Assembly (NCBI GenBank): GCA_002839445.1
Contig: PGYB01000022.1
Location: forward strand, 242 to 64,241
Length of the DNA: 64,000 nucleotides
DNA from: Candidatus Riflebacteria bacterium HGW-Riflebacteria-1
GTDB lineage: Bacteria > Muiribacteriota > Ozemobacteria > Ozemobacterales > Ozemobacteraceae
Direction of reading: 5' to 3'
Both the position numbers and the translations under genes were made by a program. This document shows, piece by piece, positions 36,145 through 45,768 of the stretch. Numbering within the stretch: the first letter of the stretch is position 1; each line of letters begins with the position of its first letter. The notes beneath the pieces are model-generated. The model saw nothing but the letters and a program-made list of their open reading frames with translations. It was not told the origin of the DNA and made no database searches.

Positions 36145-38992
36145 ACAGCTACAGATAATAACCAGCAGCAACAGGTCGCATACAGTAAGGCTTTTCGCCA
36201 TCTGGCTTTTTCTCATCGTCATGCCGGCGCTGGTGCTGGTTATCTCTTTCGACATGTTGCTCAAAGACAGCGAAGGCTATATCAAAGACACCCTGAAAAT
36301 CAAAATGGTGCAGGAACTTGGCGATTTCCGCAGCAAACTGAGCTTTGCCAGAATGGTCGAGCTGAAAATGCACCGACTCACCAGCAAAACCAGACTGCTG
36401 GATTCTGATGCCGAAAGCCTCGCCAGAACGATCAATCAGCAACTGCAGATACCCGCGGTCATTGTGTTTCATCTCAACCCGCAAACCGGAAAATTTTCGA
36501 GCCATGTCGCTGATTCAATCAGCGCAAGGCTAGGCATGCTGTCGCGAACCATGCTGCAAAACTATCTGACGAGTGTGCTCAGAAACAGCAAGACTCCTTC
36601 CAGGAGCGGTAGCGCCGAAAACCCCGCCGAGGCTGCGAAATACAAAAGAAGCCTCGCCTATCTTCGCAGTCTTTTCAGCACCGCCGGCGAAATAGAAATT
36701 ATGTTCAATCGGGCAACACCCTCTTTTTCTGGTCACCCCGAGCTTGGCCGCCTGCTTTTCTACGCTGTTCCGCTGGAGAATAGCGGCGCCGCCCTGCTGG
36801 TTTTCAGAGAAAACGATATTTCGCTACGCCAGCTCGCTGAGTTTGCCGCCAATGACCGGCTTTTCACAGATCTGCAGCGAAGCTTTACCCTTTCAGCAGA
36901 GGGGAGACAGGCTGTTTACCGACTCGGCAATGAAATGCAGCATTTCAGCGAAGCGGGCGATGGAGCGCTGGTAGTTAAGGGGATGGCCTCGGAAGAGTTC
37001 CTGCTTCGCCGGGTTAACAACGGCACACTCTTCCCGGCCAGATTAAAAGAAACCCTTGCCAACCCGCCCCTGCTGCAAATTACCGCTCCCCTGCCCTCAC
37101 AACAGCACCCACTGAGAAAAGTAACTTCACAGGCTGAAAAAGCGGCTTTACTGCTGGTCATTCTCGCATCGGTGCTGCTGCTGCGCATATTTCTGTTTGG
37201 TTACAGCAGCGGCCTGAAAATTCGCACTCGTCTGCTGCTCTGCGTGCTCGGCGCCTCGATTCTGCCATTCTCGACATTTATCGCCAGCATGGCTTACCAC
37301 GAACACTTTGTCGCAGAATTTGAGAAATCCGAGATCGATCAATACCTCAATCTGCAGCAGGACTACCTGAACAAATCGCTTAATGCCCGTATTGATGTCG
37401 AAGAGCGTAAAATGGCTGAACTTGCCGAGACACTCGGCCGACTCAACTGGCAGGAATCAGACAAATATCTCAGTGACTGGAAAAAGAAAAGTGTTTCAGT
37501 GCTGCTGCTCATCAGCTCTGGCGATCAAGAAAAGATTTACACAGACAGTCCTGATGAAACCCTTAACGCAACCGAAATCAGCATGAAGAATCTTAGTTTC
37601 ATGACGCTGAGAAGTGCGCTCAGGCCAATCGAAGAGAGCCCGCAAGGTGAAATAAAAGATACTGGAACTCTCGGGATCGGTGTCAGGGGACTCGGCATCG
37701 TTCTCGAAAATGTCGGCAAACTGCAGGAAACACTTTCTGACAATGCTGTAACCCTGTTTTCCTCGTTTCCGGTCTTTGCCGAAAACCGACGTTTCGACGC
37801 GCCCACGTCGCTTGTGCTGGTCAAATACTACACTGCAGACCTGATATATGATTTTCTTAAAACACATCCTGAGTTCACCAGGTCAGAAATCAGGGGAAAA
37901 TACCGCATTCAAAGCTGTTTTATTCCGATCAAACACGCTTTCAGACTGCCACCTGACCATGAAGCTATTTACAGCCAGGGCTTCTCACCCTCCAGATGGT
38001 CGCAGCTGGCACGCCATGTTCTACACAGCAGATCGACCTCATCGTGGTCTGACGAAGAATCAACAGCGGTAGCGAGTTTTCACAACCGTCTGCAATGCAT
38101 CATCATCAACACATCACAGAGAATCAGCAACACCGATTCAGGAGTCGGAGACGTTTTTCTGCCAGCGTTGCTGTATTTTCTGCTGATGGTTGCCGCCATG
38201 GTCATATTCATGGCAAAAATACTGATAGAGCCGATCGACATGCTTAAACGCGGCGCCGAACTGGTTGCCGCCGGCAATTATCAGCACCGGCTTGAATACA
38301 ATTCTGGTGATGAATTTGAACCCCTGACAAGCTCTTTTAACGAGATGACAGCCGGCCTCTACCAGCGCGAACTTCTCACCAGCTATGTCTCACAGGACGT
38401 TCTCAGCGAAGTCAGCAGCAGCATGACGCTTGTTCCTGGAGGCGAGCGTGTCGAGGCCAGCGTTGTCTTCTGCGCGCTGAAAGGGTTTAAAGAATTCAGC
38501 CAGAGCTCAAGTCCTGAACAGACAGTAAAAGTTCTCGGCCGACTCATCGAAGTTGCTGATCAGGTCGCCAACCAGCACGGCGGCGGCATGGACAAGCTGA
38601 TTGAAGACACGGTCATGCTGGTATTCAGACAACGCGGCAACGATAATGACCATGTAATCTCTGCCTGCCGGGCAGCGCTGGCGATCAGTCAGAGCCTGCC
38701 CGACGCCGCCGCCCCTTTCAACGTTGCCATCGGCATCGCCTCGGGAGCGGCAGTCTCGGGTAAAATCGGTTCAAAAACCGGCAAGCTTGATTTCACGCTG
38801 ATTGGCAACCCGGTCAATCTGGCGGCACGCCTCAAAGCGCAGGCGCATAAAGCTGTTAACACCGGCGTTATTGCCTGCCCGGCCACAATCAGGCTGCTTA
38901 AAGGCCAGGGGCGGCTGCTCTTTATTGAACGTACAGAAATAAAGGGAAGGTCGCGGACCTTCCCTCTCTATGAACTTGTTGAACTGCGCTAA
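36137..38992 (+). CDS. Four-TM double-sensor HAMP / class III nucleotidyl cyclase, C2-like (substrate/transition-state half)
   Basis: 951 aa. HAMP region (EPIDMLKRGAELVAAGNY...EFEPLTSSFNEM) followed by a cyclase domain (VVFCALKGFKEF, DKLIEDTVMLVF, VAIGIASGAAVSG, DFTLIGNPVNLAARLKA). The ATG overlaps the upstream stop by 8 nt. Confidence 0.85.
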   Translation: MSEQLQIITSSNRSHTVRLFAIWLFLIVMPALVLVISFDMLLKDSEGYIKDTLKIKMVQELGDFRSKLSFARMVELKMHRLTSKTRLLDSDAESLARTINQQLQIPAVIVFHLNPQTGKFSSHVADSISARLGMLSRTMLQNYLTSVLRNSKTPSRSGSAENPAEAAKYKRSLAYLRSLFSTAGEIEIMFNRATPSFSGHPELGRLLFYAVPLENSGAALLVFRENDISLRQLAEFAANDRLFTDLQRSFTLSAEGRQAVYRLGNEMQHFSEAGDGALVVKGMASEEFLLRRVNNGTLFPARLKETLANPPLLQITAPLPSQQHPLRKVTSQAEKAALLLVILASVLLLRIFLFGYSSGLKIRTRLLLCVLGASILPFSTFIASMAYHEHFVAEFEKSEIDQYLNLQQDYLNKSLNARIDVEERKMAELAETLGRLNWQESDKYLSDWKKKSVSVLLLISSGDQEKIYTDSPDETLNATEISMKNLSFMTLRSALRPIEESPQGEIKDTGTLGIGVRGLGIVLENVGKLQETLSDNAVTLFSSFPVFAENRRFDAPTSLVLVKYYTADLIYDFLKTHPEFTRSEIRGKYRIQSCFIPIKHAFRLPPDHEAIYSQGFSPSRWSQLARHVLHSRSTSSWSDEESTAVASFHNRLQCIIINTSQRISNTDSGVGDVFLPALLYFLLMVAAMVIFMAKILIEPIDMLKRGAELVAAGNYQHRLEYNSGDEFEPLTSSFNEMTAGLYQRELLTSYVSQDVLSEVSSSMTLVPGGERVEASVVFCALKGFKEFSQSSSPEQTVKVLGRLIEVADQVANQHGGGMDKLIEDTVMLVFRQRGNDNDHVISACRAALAISQSLPDAAAPFNVAIGIASGAAVSGKIGSKTGKLDFTLIGNPVNLAARLKAQAHKAVNTGVIACPATIRLLKGQGRLLFIERTEIKGRSRTFPLYELVELR

Positions 38993-39009
38993 GCTGTTCT
39001 GAGCGTCAA

Positions 39010-39984
39010 TTACCAGCCAAGAATATACGCAAAAATCAGCGGAGCCACGATAGTGGCGTCTGATTCAACGATAAATTTTGGCGTATTGATATCGAGCTTG
39101 CCCCAGGTGATCTTTTCGTTGGGAACCGCGCCAGAATACGATCCATAACTGGTAGTCGAGTCAGAAATCTGGCAGAAATAGCTCCAGAATGGAATTTTTT
39201 CCATTTCGAGATCCTGATACAGCATCGGCACGACGCAGATCGGGAAGTCGCCGGCGATACCGCCGCCAATCTGGAAAAAGCCAACGCCCTTGCCAGTCGA
39301 GTTCTTGATGTACCAGTCAGCCAGCCACATCATGTATTCGATGCCGGATTTCATGGTAGAAGGTTTGAGATCACCCTTGATGCAATATGAAGCAAAAATG
39401 TTGCCCATTGTTGAGTCTTCCCAGCCGGGCACTATGATCGGCAGATTCTTCTGGGCTGCGGCGATCATCCAGCTGTTCTTCGGGTCAATCTCATAATACT
39501 GTTCAAGCACGCCAGAGAGAAGCATCTTGTACATGTATTCGTGCGGCAGATAGCGCTCGCCCTTGGTGTCGGCATCTTTCCATATCTTGAAGATATGAGC
39601 CTGCAGGCGCCTGAACGCTTCTTCTTCGGGAATACAGGTATCAGTAACCCGGTTGAGACCCTTTTCAAGGAGATCCCATTCGTCTTTCGGGGTAAGGTCG
39701 CGATAGTTTGGAACCCGTCGATAATGATTGTGTGCGACGAGGTTCATGATATCTTCTTCGAGGTTAGCACCGGTACAGGAGATAATGGCGATCTTGTCCT
39801 GGCGTATCATCTCGGCAAGCGACTTGCCAAGCTCGGCCGTACTCATGGCTCCCGCCAGCGTTACCATCATTTTTCCACCCTCTTTAAGATGCAGGCAGTA
39901 GCCCTTGGCTGCGTCAACAAGTGCGGCAGAGTTAAAGTGCAGGTAGTGTTCTTCGATGAACGATGTAATGGGGCTCTTAGTCAT
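39010..39984 (-). CDS. Deoxyhypusine synthase-family protein
   Basis: 324 aa. MVTLAGAMSTAELG...ISCTGANLEEDI...IVPGWEDSTMGN...GGGIAGDF...DATIVAPL are colinear with DHS/homospermidine-synthase-like enzymes. Confidence 0.8.
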   Translation of the reverse strand: MTKSPITSFIEEHYLHFNSAALVDAAKGYCLHLKEGGKMMVTLAGAMSTAELGKSLAEMIRQDKIAIISCTGANLEEDIMNLVAHNHYRRVPNYRDLTPKDEWDLLEKGLNRVTDTCIPEEEAFRRLQAHIFKIWKDADTKGERYLPHEYMYKMLLSGVLEQYYEIDPKNSWMIAAAQKNLPIIVPGWEDSTMGNIFASYCIKGDLKPSTMKSGIEYMMWLADWYIKNSTGKGVGFFQIGGGIAGDFPICVVPMLYQDLEMEKIPFWSYFCQISDSTTSYGSYSGAVPNEKITWGKLDINTPKFIVESDATIVAPLIFAYILGW

Positions 39985-40115
39985 GGCAATCTCCTGTTTC
40001 GCGAGGCGCGATTTTACTTTAGTTACAAACAGAACGGTATGAGAATTTAATAACTCATAAACGCTGACAAATCAACCTCTGATTATGCTTGCGTAATCGG
40101 TGCGGGGCAGGTAGT

Positions 40116-41132
40116 ATGCCTGACATGAGTGAACAGCAGCATGAATACGCAATTTGCACACGGGCGCTGAACCGTGAATTTACGGTCAGACTCAAGGCCG
40201 AGGGGCTGATAGCCAGTCTGCGCAACTTTTTTGCGCCGGCCAGCCGAACGGTGAATGCCGTTAACGACCTTGAACTGCTGATCAGGCCGGGTGATATTGT
40301 TGGCTTTCTCGGCCCGAATGGCGCCGGCAAAACGACTACGCTGAAAATGCTTTCTGGTCTTCTGGTGCCGACATCGGGCAGCATAGAAGTGCTTGGCTAC
40401 ACACCGTTTAATCGCGACCATGCTTTTTTAAAAAGCATTTCACTGGTAATGGGCCAGAAACAAAACCTGTGGTGGGATCTGCCACCGATCGAGACTTTTG
40501 CAATACATCGCCGCATCTACGGTCTCAGTGACAGCGAATACAATACCAGGGTCAAAGAACTCATCGATATGCTCGAAATCGCCGACTGTCTGGAAACCCA
40601 GACGCGCAAGCTGTCTCTTGGGCAGCGCATGCGTTGCGAGCTTGCCGTATCACTTCTGCACCAGCCACAAATACTATTTCTCGATGAACCGACAATCGGA
40701 CTCGATATTCTGATGCAGAAAAAGATTAGAGAGTTTCTCCTCGATTACCACCGGCGTTTCAAGCCTACGATATTGCTGACTTCGCATTATATGGACGACG
40801 TTGCTGCCCTTGCCCAGCGAGTAATCGTCATTGACCACGGCAACAAGGTATTCGACGGACACTTGAGCGATCTCACGCAAAAGCTTCACCCTGAAAAAAT
40901 CATGTCGATTGTGCTCAACAATGGCGAGTTTGAGTGCAAACTCGCCGATGGTTGCCGCCTTATTCATCGGGAAGGGTTGCATTACCGCTTTCTGGTCAAC
41001 CGCAGCCGCGTGCCGGAAATGGCGGCAAAACTCTATGCCACCGGCAACATTGCCGATCTGACCATCGAAGACCCGCCACTCGAAGATCTGATTGGTCAGC
41101 TGTTTACATCTGGCAGACAAAAACCTGAATGA
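40116..41132 (+). CDS. ABC transporter ATP-binding protein (ABC-2 type)
   Basis: Walker A GPNGAGKTTT, signature LSLGQRMR and Walker B ILFLDEPT. ATG 40116 or 40125 is preferred to the alternative start at 40089. Confidence 0.85.
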   Translation: MPDMSEQQHEYAICTRALNREFTVRLKAEGLIASLRNFFAPASRTVNAVNDLELLIRPGDIVGFLGPNGAGKTTTLKMLSGLLVPTSGSIEVLGYTPFNRDHAFLKSISLVMGQKQNLWWDLPPIETFAIHRRIYGLSDSEYNTRVKELIDMLEIADCLETQTRKLSLGQRMRCELAVSLLHQPQILFLDEPTIGLDILMQKKIREFLLDYHRRFKPTILLTSHYMDDVAALAQRVIVIDHGNKVFDGHLSDLTQKLHPEKIMSIVLNNGEFECKLADGCRLIHREGLHYRFLVNRSRVPEMAAKLYATGNIADLTIEDPPLEDLIGQLFTSGRQKPE

Positions 41133-41941
41133 GTTCAATGTTTAAAAGTGACGGCAAGTTCGCGGTTCTGCTCGCGTATTTCAAGATCATTATGACTTAT
41201 CGTGGCATGATGATTATACATGCCATTCGACTGTTGCTGCTTCCCATGGTGCTGGCTTCAGCATGGCTTTCAATCGAAAAAACAGCCAATAACCCATATT
41301 CAGACTCTGATTATCTGCTCTACTATCTACTGGTGCCGGTTATCATGAACCTCACCGACAGCCGCATCGTCTTCAAGTTTTCGCTGGCAGTCAAAGATGG
41401 TTCGCTCAACCGTGACCTGCTCAAGCCATTTCCGCCACTGATGGGCTATTTTCTCGAAAGCATTGCCGGCAATTCGATGCAACTGTTCTATCTCGTGCCA
41501 TTTACCTTCATTTTCTGGTATTTTGTCAGTGACCGCGTCATGCTCGGGCACCTTGAACCTTCGCTGCTGCTGTTTTTTGTGGCAGCAATTATAATCGGCG
41601 GGCTTGCGCGCCTGATGGTCTCAGGAGCTATCGCACTGCTCAGCTTCTGGATCGAAGACGTCACGACACTCAATCTGATTCTCAACGGCGGAATCTGGGC
41701 GTTGCTTGGCGGTATGATCGTGCCGGTAGCAACCTTTCCTGATAAAATCAGATATATCGCCGAGCTGTTGCCATATCGATATATGTTGAGTTTTCCCATC
41801 GAAATATTCAGCGGGCGGCTGAGCTCACCAGAGATCTATCGGGGTTTTGCCACAGCCGCATTCTGGATAATCCTCTTCGCGATAATCATGCGCGTTATCT
41901 GGAAAACCGGCCTGAAAACGTATACTGCGTATGGGGGATAA
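41129..41941 (+). CDS. ABC-2 family transporter permease
   Basis: 270 aa with six hydrophobic segments. Overlaps the ATPase gene by 4 nt. Confidence 0.7.
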   Translation: MSSMFKSDGKFAVLLAYFKIIMTYRGMMIIHAIRLLLLPMVLASAWLSIEKTANNPYSDSDYLLYYLLVPVIMNLTDSRIVFKFSLAVKDGSLNRDLLKPFPPLMGYFLESIAGNSMQLFYLVPFTFIFWYFVSDRVMLGHLEPSLLLFFVAAIIIGGLARLMVSGAIALLSFWIEDVTTLNLILNGGIWALLGGMIVPVATFPDKIRYIAELLPYRYMLSFPIEIFSGRLSSPEIYRGFATAAFWIILFAIIMRVIWKTGLKTYTAYGG

Positions 41942-41994
41942 GCGATAATTAACAGTCAAAACGCGAGCACGAGTAAGAGTAAGAGAAGAGAGAC

Positions 41995-42780
41995 ATGAGA
42001 CAGGCGGCGATAATATTGCATCTCTGGAAGGCAACGATAATTCAGGCCATGGAATATCGTGTCAGCTTTGTTTTCGCGATAATTGCCAACTTTTTCGACT
42101 TTGTTTTCGGGTTGCTGCAGTATCTGATTTTTTTCACTGCTGCCAAAAGCATAGCTGGCTGGGACTCTGATCAGATGCTGGTGCTCTATGGCGTTTTCAT
42201 GCTGGTTTTCGCGCTGCATTTCATTCTGCTGTATCCAAACCTGGTGGCGATGGGTGAAATGGTGAATTCAGGAAATCTTGATCTACTACTGACCAAGCCG
42301 GTTAACACCCAGCTGATGGTATCGTTCAGAAGAATATCGCTGGAAGAGCTTGGCAGTATTGGCACAGCAGTGCTGCTTCTTTGCTGGCAGCTTTACCGTG
42401 GTGTAATTGTTGCCGAGCCCGGTAATATTCTGCTTTTTGGCGTCAGCATGATCTCATCACTGCTGCTTATCTACAGCGTATTTCTGCTGTTGATATGTCT
42501 TGCCGTGATCATGGAAAGACTCGAAAACATGGCACAGCTTCTGTGGTCGATGTTCGCTTTGTGCCGCTACCCGGTCGACATTTACCCTGACCGCATCAGA
42601 TACGCATTTTTCAGCTTTCTTCCGGTAGCGTTTATTGCCACTGTGCCGGCAACTGCGCTGCTGGGTCGAGCCAGCGCGATGACAGTCTGGCTGGGCTTTG
42701 CAGTGTCGATAAGTGCAGTTGCGGCATGCAGCTGGCTTTGGCGGCGTACAATAAGAGTTTACACATCTGCCGGCGGCTGA
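41995..42780 (+). CDS. ABC-2 family transporter permease (second subunit)
   Basis: 261 aa, polytopic. Paralogous organisation to the preceding permease. Confidence 0.7.
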   Translation: MRQAAIILHLWKATIIQAMEYRVSFVFAIIANFFDFVFGLLQYLIFFTAAKSIAGWDSDQMLVLYGVFMLVFALHFILLYPNLVAMGEMVNSGNLDLLLTKPVNTQLMVSFRRISLEELGSIGTAVLLLCWQLYRGVIVAEPGNILLFGVSMISSLLLIYSVFLLLICLAVIMERLENMAQLLWSMFALCRYPVDIYPDRIRYAFFSFLPVAFIATVPATALLGRASAMTVWLGFAVSISAVAACSWLWRRTIRVYTSAGG

Positions 42781-42786
42781 AACAGT

Positions 42787-43230
42787 TTATTTGTCTGTCT
42801 TAGTGAGAGCGGCAGCCTTCGCTTTGAGCTTTTCTGGCAGAACTGGTGTCCAGCGCAGTTGAAGTGTGTTTGAGTTGTATTCACCTTTAATCGTGTAATT
42901 GCGGCGGAGCTCGATCACAATACCGCCATCAACGGTTTTGCATAGATAACCATAGCGATTGCATGTGCTGTTGAAAAAATTGTTAACCTGGTCTTTGCTG
43001 GTAGCAACATTGATGTCGCAAACCCCGAGCAGTTCTTGATCAGCGGAAGTCAGACGCTCAGCGTATGGCGGAATGTCGAGATAGCGAATCACATCGCCGT
43101 CAAACAGTCTGATATAGTATTTCTGGCTAAACCATTGATTGCCAAAATATATGCCAACAAGACCGATAATTATAAAAATCACAAGCACAAGGCCTGCCAG
43201 ACCCGCTCTTCGGTCATTTGTCAATTTCAT
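42787..43230 (-). CDS. Membrane-anchored hypothetical protein
   Basis: 147 aa with a single N-terminal TM segment (LAGLVLVIFIIIGLVGIYF). No recognised domain. Confidence 0.45.
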   Translation of the reverse strand: MKLTNDRRAGLAGLVLVIFIIIGLVGIYFGNQWFSQKYYIRLFDGDVIRYLDIPPYAERLTSADQELLGVCDINVATSKDQVNNFFNSTCNRYGYLCKTVDGGIVIELRRNYTIKGEYNSNTLQLRWTPVLPEKLKAKAAALTKTDK

Positions 43231-43293
43231 ACAACAGCCTCTCCTGATTGAAACTGTTTGCAGTATCGTCTTTAAGCACAGTTTTGTTAATCA

Positions 43294-43330
43294 TAAAAAA
43301 ATGGCTTTCTGAAGACCAGAAAGCCATTTT
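43294..43330 (-). terminator. Bidirectional Rho-independent terminator
   Basis: ATGGCTTTCTG...CAGAAAGCCAT hairpin flanked by A7 on one side and T4 on the other. Lies 15 nt beyond the stop of the 43345 gene. Confidence 0.75.
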
Positions 43331-43344
43331 AAGACATTACAGAA

Positions 43345-45612
43345 CTATTTTCTCAGAATTACTCCGGTGGTAGGCGCCACGTTATAGTCGCCTTCGGCAG
43401 TATAAAGACCGGCGTCATTCACTTTTTCGCCGTCACAGATAACTTTCCAGGAGCCGGCAGACGGCAGTTTGAAGTTAATCCAGTTGTTAGGATCACCGTT
43501 CAGCAGAACCAGCAGATTGTCAGTTCCTTTGAGAATCATGCCGATGCCATGGCCATTAGCAGGCTGGATCCAGTCGATGTGCTGGCTGTTAAGTGCCACG
43601 CCATGCCTGAAATTCGGGTATTTTTTGCGCAATGCGATCAGGCCGCTGTAAAGATCAAAGATATCGCGATTCTTGTCTTTTACGGTCCAGTCGATGTAGT
43701 TGATGTCGTTATCCTGATCGTATGAGTTGTGGTTACCCTTCTTGCTGCGGTTGAATTCCTGGCCAGCGTGAATCATCGGAACACCCTGAGCAGTCAACAG
43801 AACAATGGCAGCGAGCCTGGTTTTTTTCTTATCACCATGATAAAGATCATTGAGAGTGTAACCATCGTGTGCTTCGAGATAGTTAAGGCTTTCACTGGGT
43901 TTGGCAGTCCACCAGAAGCAGCTGCCAGCCATAACCGTCATGACATCATTACGATTGCCTTTTCCATCGATGAAAGCGCGCATTTTTTCGCGATAGTCAT
44001 CGTTCCATTTTGACAACCTGGTGTTGCGGAAATCGCTTTTACCCCACTGGTTGCGCTGCCAGTCAGCAGCCCACGGCTCAGCAGTAAGAATCGTGGTATC
44101 TGGCAGTTCGTCGATAACGCGCTGCATGGTCTTCTTATCGATGATTGTACCCAGGTCGAACCTGAAGCCATCGACATGATATTCTTTCTGCCAGTATTTG
44201 AGACTGTCGAGAATCATTTTTCCGGTCATCGGACTCTCAGTACGCATTTCATTACCGCAGCCGGTGCCGTTCCAGTAGAATTTTCGGTCATCCATCAGGC
44301 GGTAATAGCCGGGATTATCAAAGCCCTTGAAGTTAAGCGCCGCGCCGCGGTGGTCGCCTTCGGCAGTATGGTTGTAGACAACATCAAGTATCACCGCGAA
44401 GCCTTCGTTGTGCAGACCATTGATGAGGGTCTTGAGTTCTTTGACAGCCTGACCGGATTTACCGGTGGCAAAAGAACCTTCGGGAGCGAAAAAGTGACTG
44501 GTCATGTAGCCCCAGTGGTTGGTAACACCGGCAAAGTTGTTGTCGAATTCGTGAATCGGCATGAGCTGGATCGCGTTAACGCCAAGCTGTTTGAGGTGGC
44601 CGAGCACACGGTCGCTGCCCTTGCCCTGCAACATGCCCAGGTAATTGCCCTTGTGTGGGCCGGTTACTCCAGAGCTCTTGTGGGCGGTAAAATCTTTTAC
44701 ATGCATTTCATAGATAATCGCATCTTTGCTGGCCGGACGCTTAAAGTTCTGGTCGGTCCATTTGAATGAGCGGTCAACCACAACGCTCTTGCCGTCGTGA
44801 TCGACGTTGGCAAACGCGTATGGATCTGAAAGCAGCCGTGTGGGGTCGAACAAAAAGCCAGGAGCTTTCGGACCGTCAGCAGTAAAGCCGTAGAAAGTGC
44901 CGTAGAGTTCACCTGGCAGTATTTTGTGCCAGATACCGGCCGCGCTTTTTGTCATAACGTGCTCAACACCCTTGGTCGCAGCTGCCGTTTTAAACAGATG
45001 CAGCTTTACTTCGGTCGCATCGGGAGCGTAAACCGAAAAAGCGGTATTACCATTTACCACGTGAGCGCCAAGCTGTGCGTCATTGCGGCTGGGCTTGCTG
45101 CTGGTGTTTGTCGCGCTGGTTCTGGCGAGCAACTGCATACGTTCACTGACATTGCTGCCAATTATCGCTTTATTAGCTTCGAATTCTTTGCGCAGCGCCT
45201 GCATGGCATTGAGATTGCCCATCAGTTGTGGGTTTTCGGTCTGAGCCAGGTATTTTACGCGAGATTCAAGAATATTGAGGCTCTCTTCGAACGCGCGTTT
45301 TTCGGCGTGGTTTTTAACGCGATAACCGTAGAGTCGAATCTGCTGCGTCGCTTTATCGGCCTCGGCAGGAGTTTCTATGGTGGCGATCAGTCGCTTGAGA
45401 CTCTCAAAGCTGGCAGATTCTCGCGACAAGGCGGCAACGGCACCTTCGTTACCAGATTCGCTGATGGCGCGGCCAGCCAGATGCATATCTCTGGCCATGC
45501 GATTGATGTTGGAAACCAGATTCTTCTCAAAATCATTCGCAAAAACGGTGACTGAAACCAGCAATGCCAGGACCAGGCATATATAGCCGCGTGCAGAAAT
45601 CTTGTACATCAT
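43345..45612 (-). CDS. GH13 glycogen-debranching / pullulanase-type enzyme (GlgX-like) with N-terminal extension and signal peptide
   Basis: 755 aa. CBM48-like FSVYAPDATEVKL. GH13 regions VILDVVYNHT, GFRFDLG and EPWA, plus a YLEAHD block. The first ~180 aa are a helical extension after a leader. Confidence 0.85.
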   Translation of the reverse strand: MMYKISARGYICLVLALLVSVTVFANDFEKNLVSNINRMARDMHLAGRAISESGNEGAVAALSRESASFESLKRLIATIETPAEADKATQQIRLYGYRVKNHAEKRAFEESLNILESRVKYLAQTENPQLMGNLNAMQALRKEFEANKAIIGSNVSERMQLLARTSATNTSSKPSRNDAQLGAHVVNGNTAFSVYAPDATEVKLHLFKTAAATKGVEHVMTKSAAGIWHKILPGELYGTFYGFTADGPKAPGFLFDPTRLLSDPYAFANVDHDGKSVVVDRSFKWTDQNFKRPASKDAIIYEMHVKDFTAHKSSGVTGPHKGNYLGMLQGKGSDRVLGHLKQLGVNAIQLMPIHEFDNNFAGVTNHWGYMTSHFFAPEGSFATGKSGQAVKELKTLINGLHNEGFAVILDVVYNHTAEGDHRGAALNFKGFDNPGYYRLMDDRKFYWNGTGCGNEMRTESPMTGKMILDSLKYWQKEYHVDGFRFDLGTIIDKKTMQRVIDELPDTTILTAEPWAADWQRNQWGKSDFRNTRLSKWNDDYREKMRAFIDGKGNRNDVMTVMAGSCFWWTAKPSESLNYLEAHDGYTLNDLYHGDKKKTRLAAIVLLTAQGVPMIHAGQEFNRSKKGNHNSYDQDNDINYIDWTVKDKNRDIFDLYSGLIALRKKYPNFRHGVALNSQHIDWIQPANGHGIGMILKGTDNLLVLLNGDPNNWINFKLPSAGSWKVICDGEKVNDAGLYTAEGDYNVAPTTGVILRK

Positions 45613-45722
45613 TAGCCTCCAGGTTCGGGTTGCTATTATATTTGTTAATTATACCTGTTTTAACCTGAAACGTCAGTGCTATTTGGGCAAAATAGTGCAA
45701 AATATGCAAAAAAAAATTCGTT

Positions 45723-45756
45723 AAAAAAAAACTCCCGTATTGCTACGGGAGTTTTT
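45723..45756 (-). terminator. Bidirectional Rho-independent terminator
   Basis: CTCCCGT-ATTGCT-ACGGGAG hairpin between an A-run and TTTTT, just beyond the stop at 45769. Confidence 0.75.
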
Positions 45757-45768
45757 CTGTTTAATTTA

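Noticed and set aside
41960-41995. GAGCACGAG motif shared by the X tails, the 8.5-kb gap and the spacer between the two ABC-2 permease genes.
   Set aside because: The same 9-mer also occurs inside coding sequence (for example around 11751 and, inverted, around 32373), so on its own it is not significant. Only the longer GATTACGAGCACGAT matches are reported.
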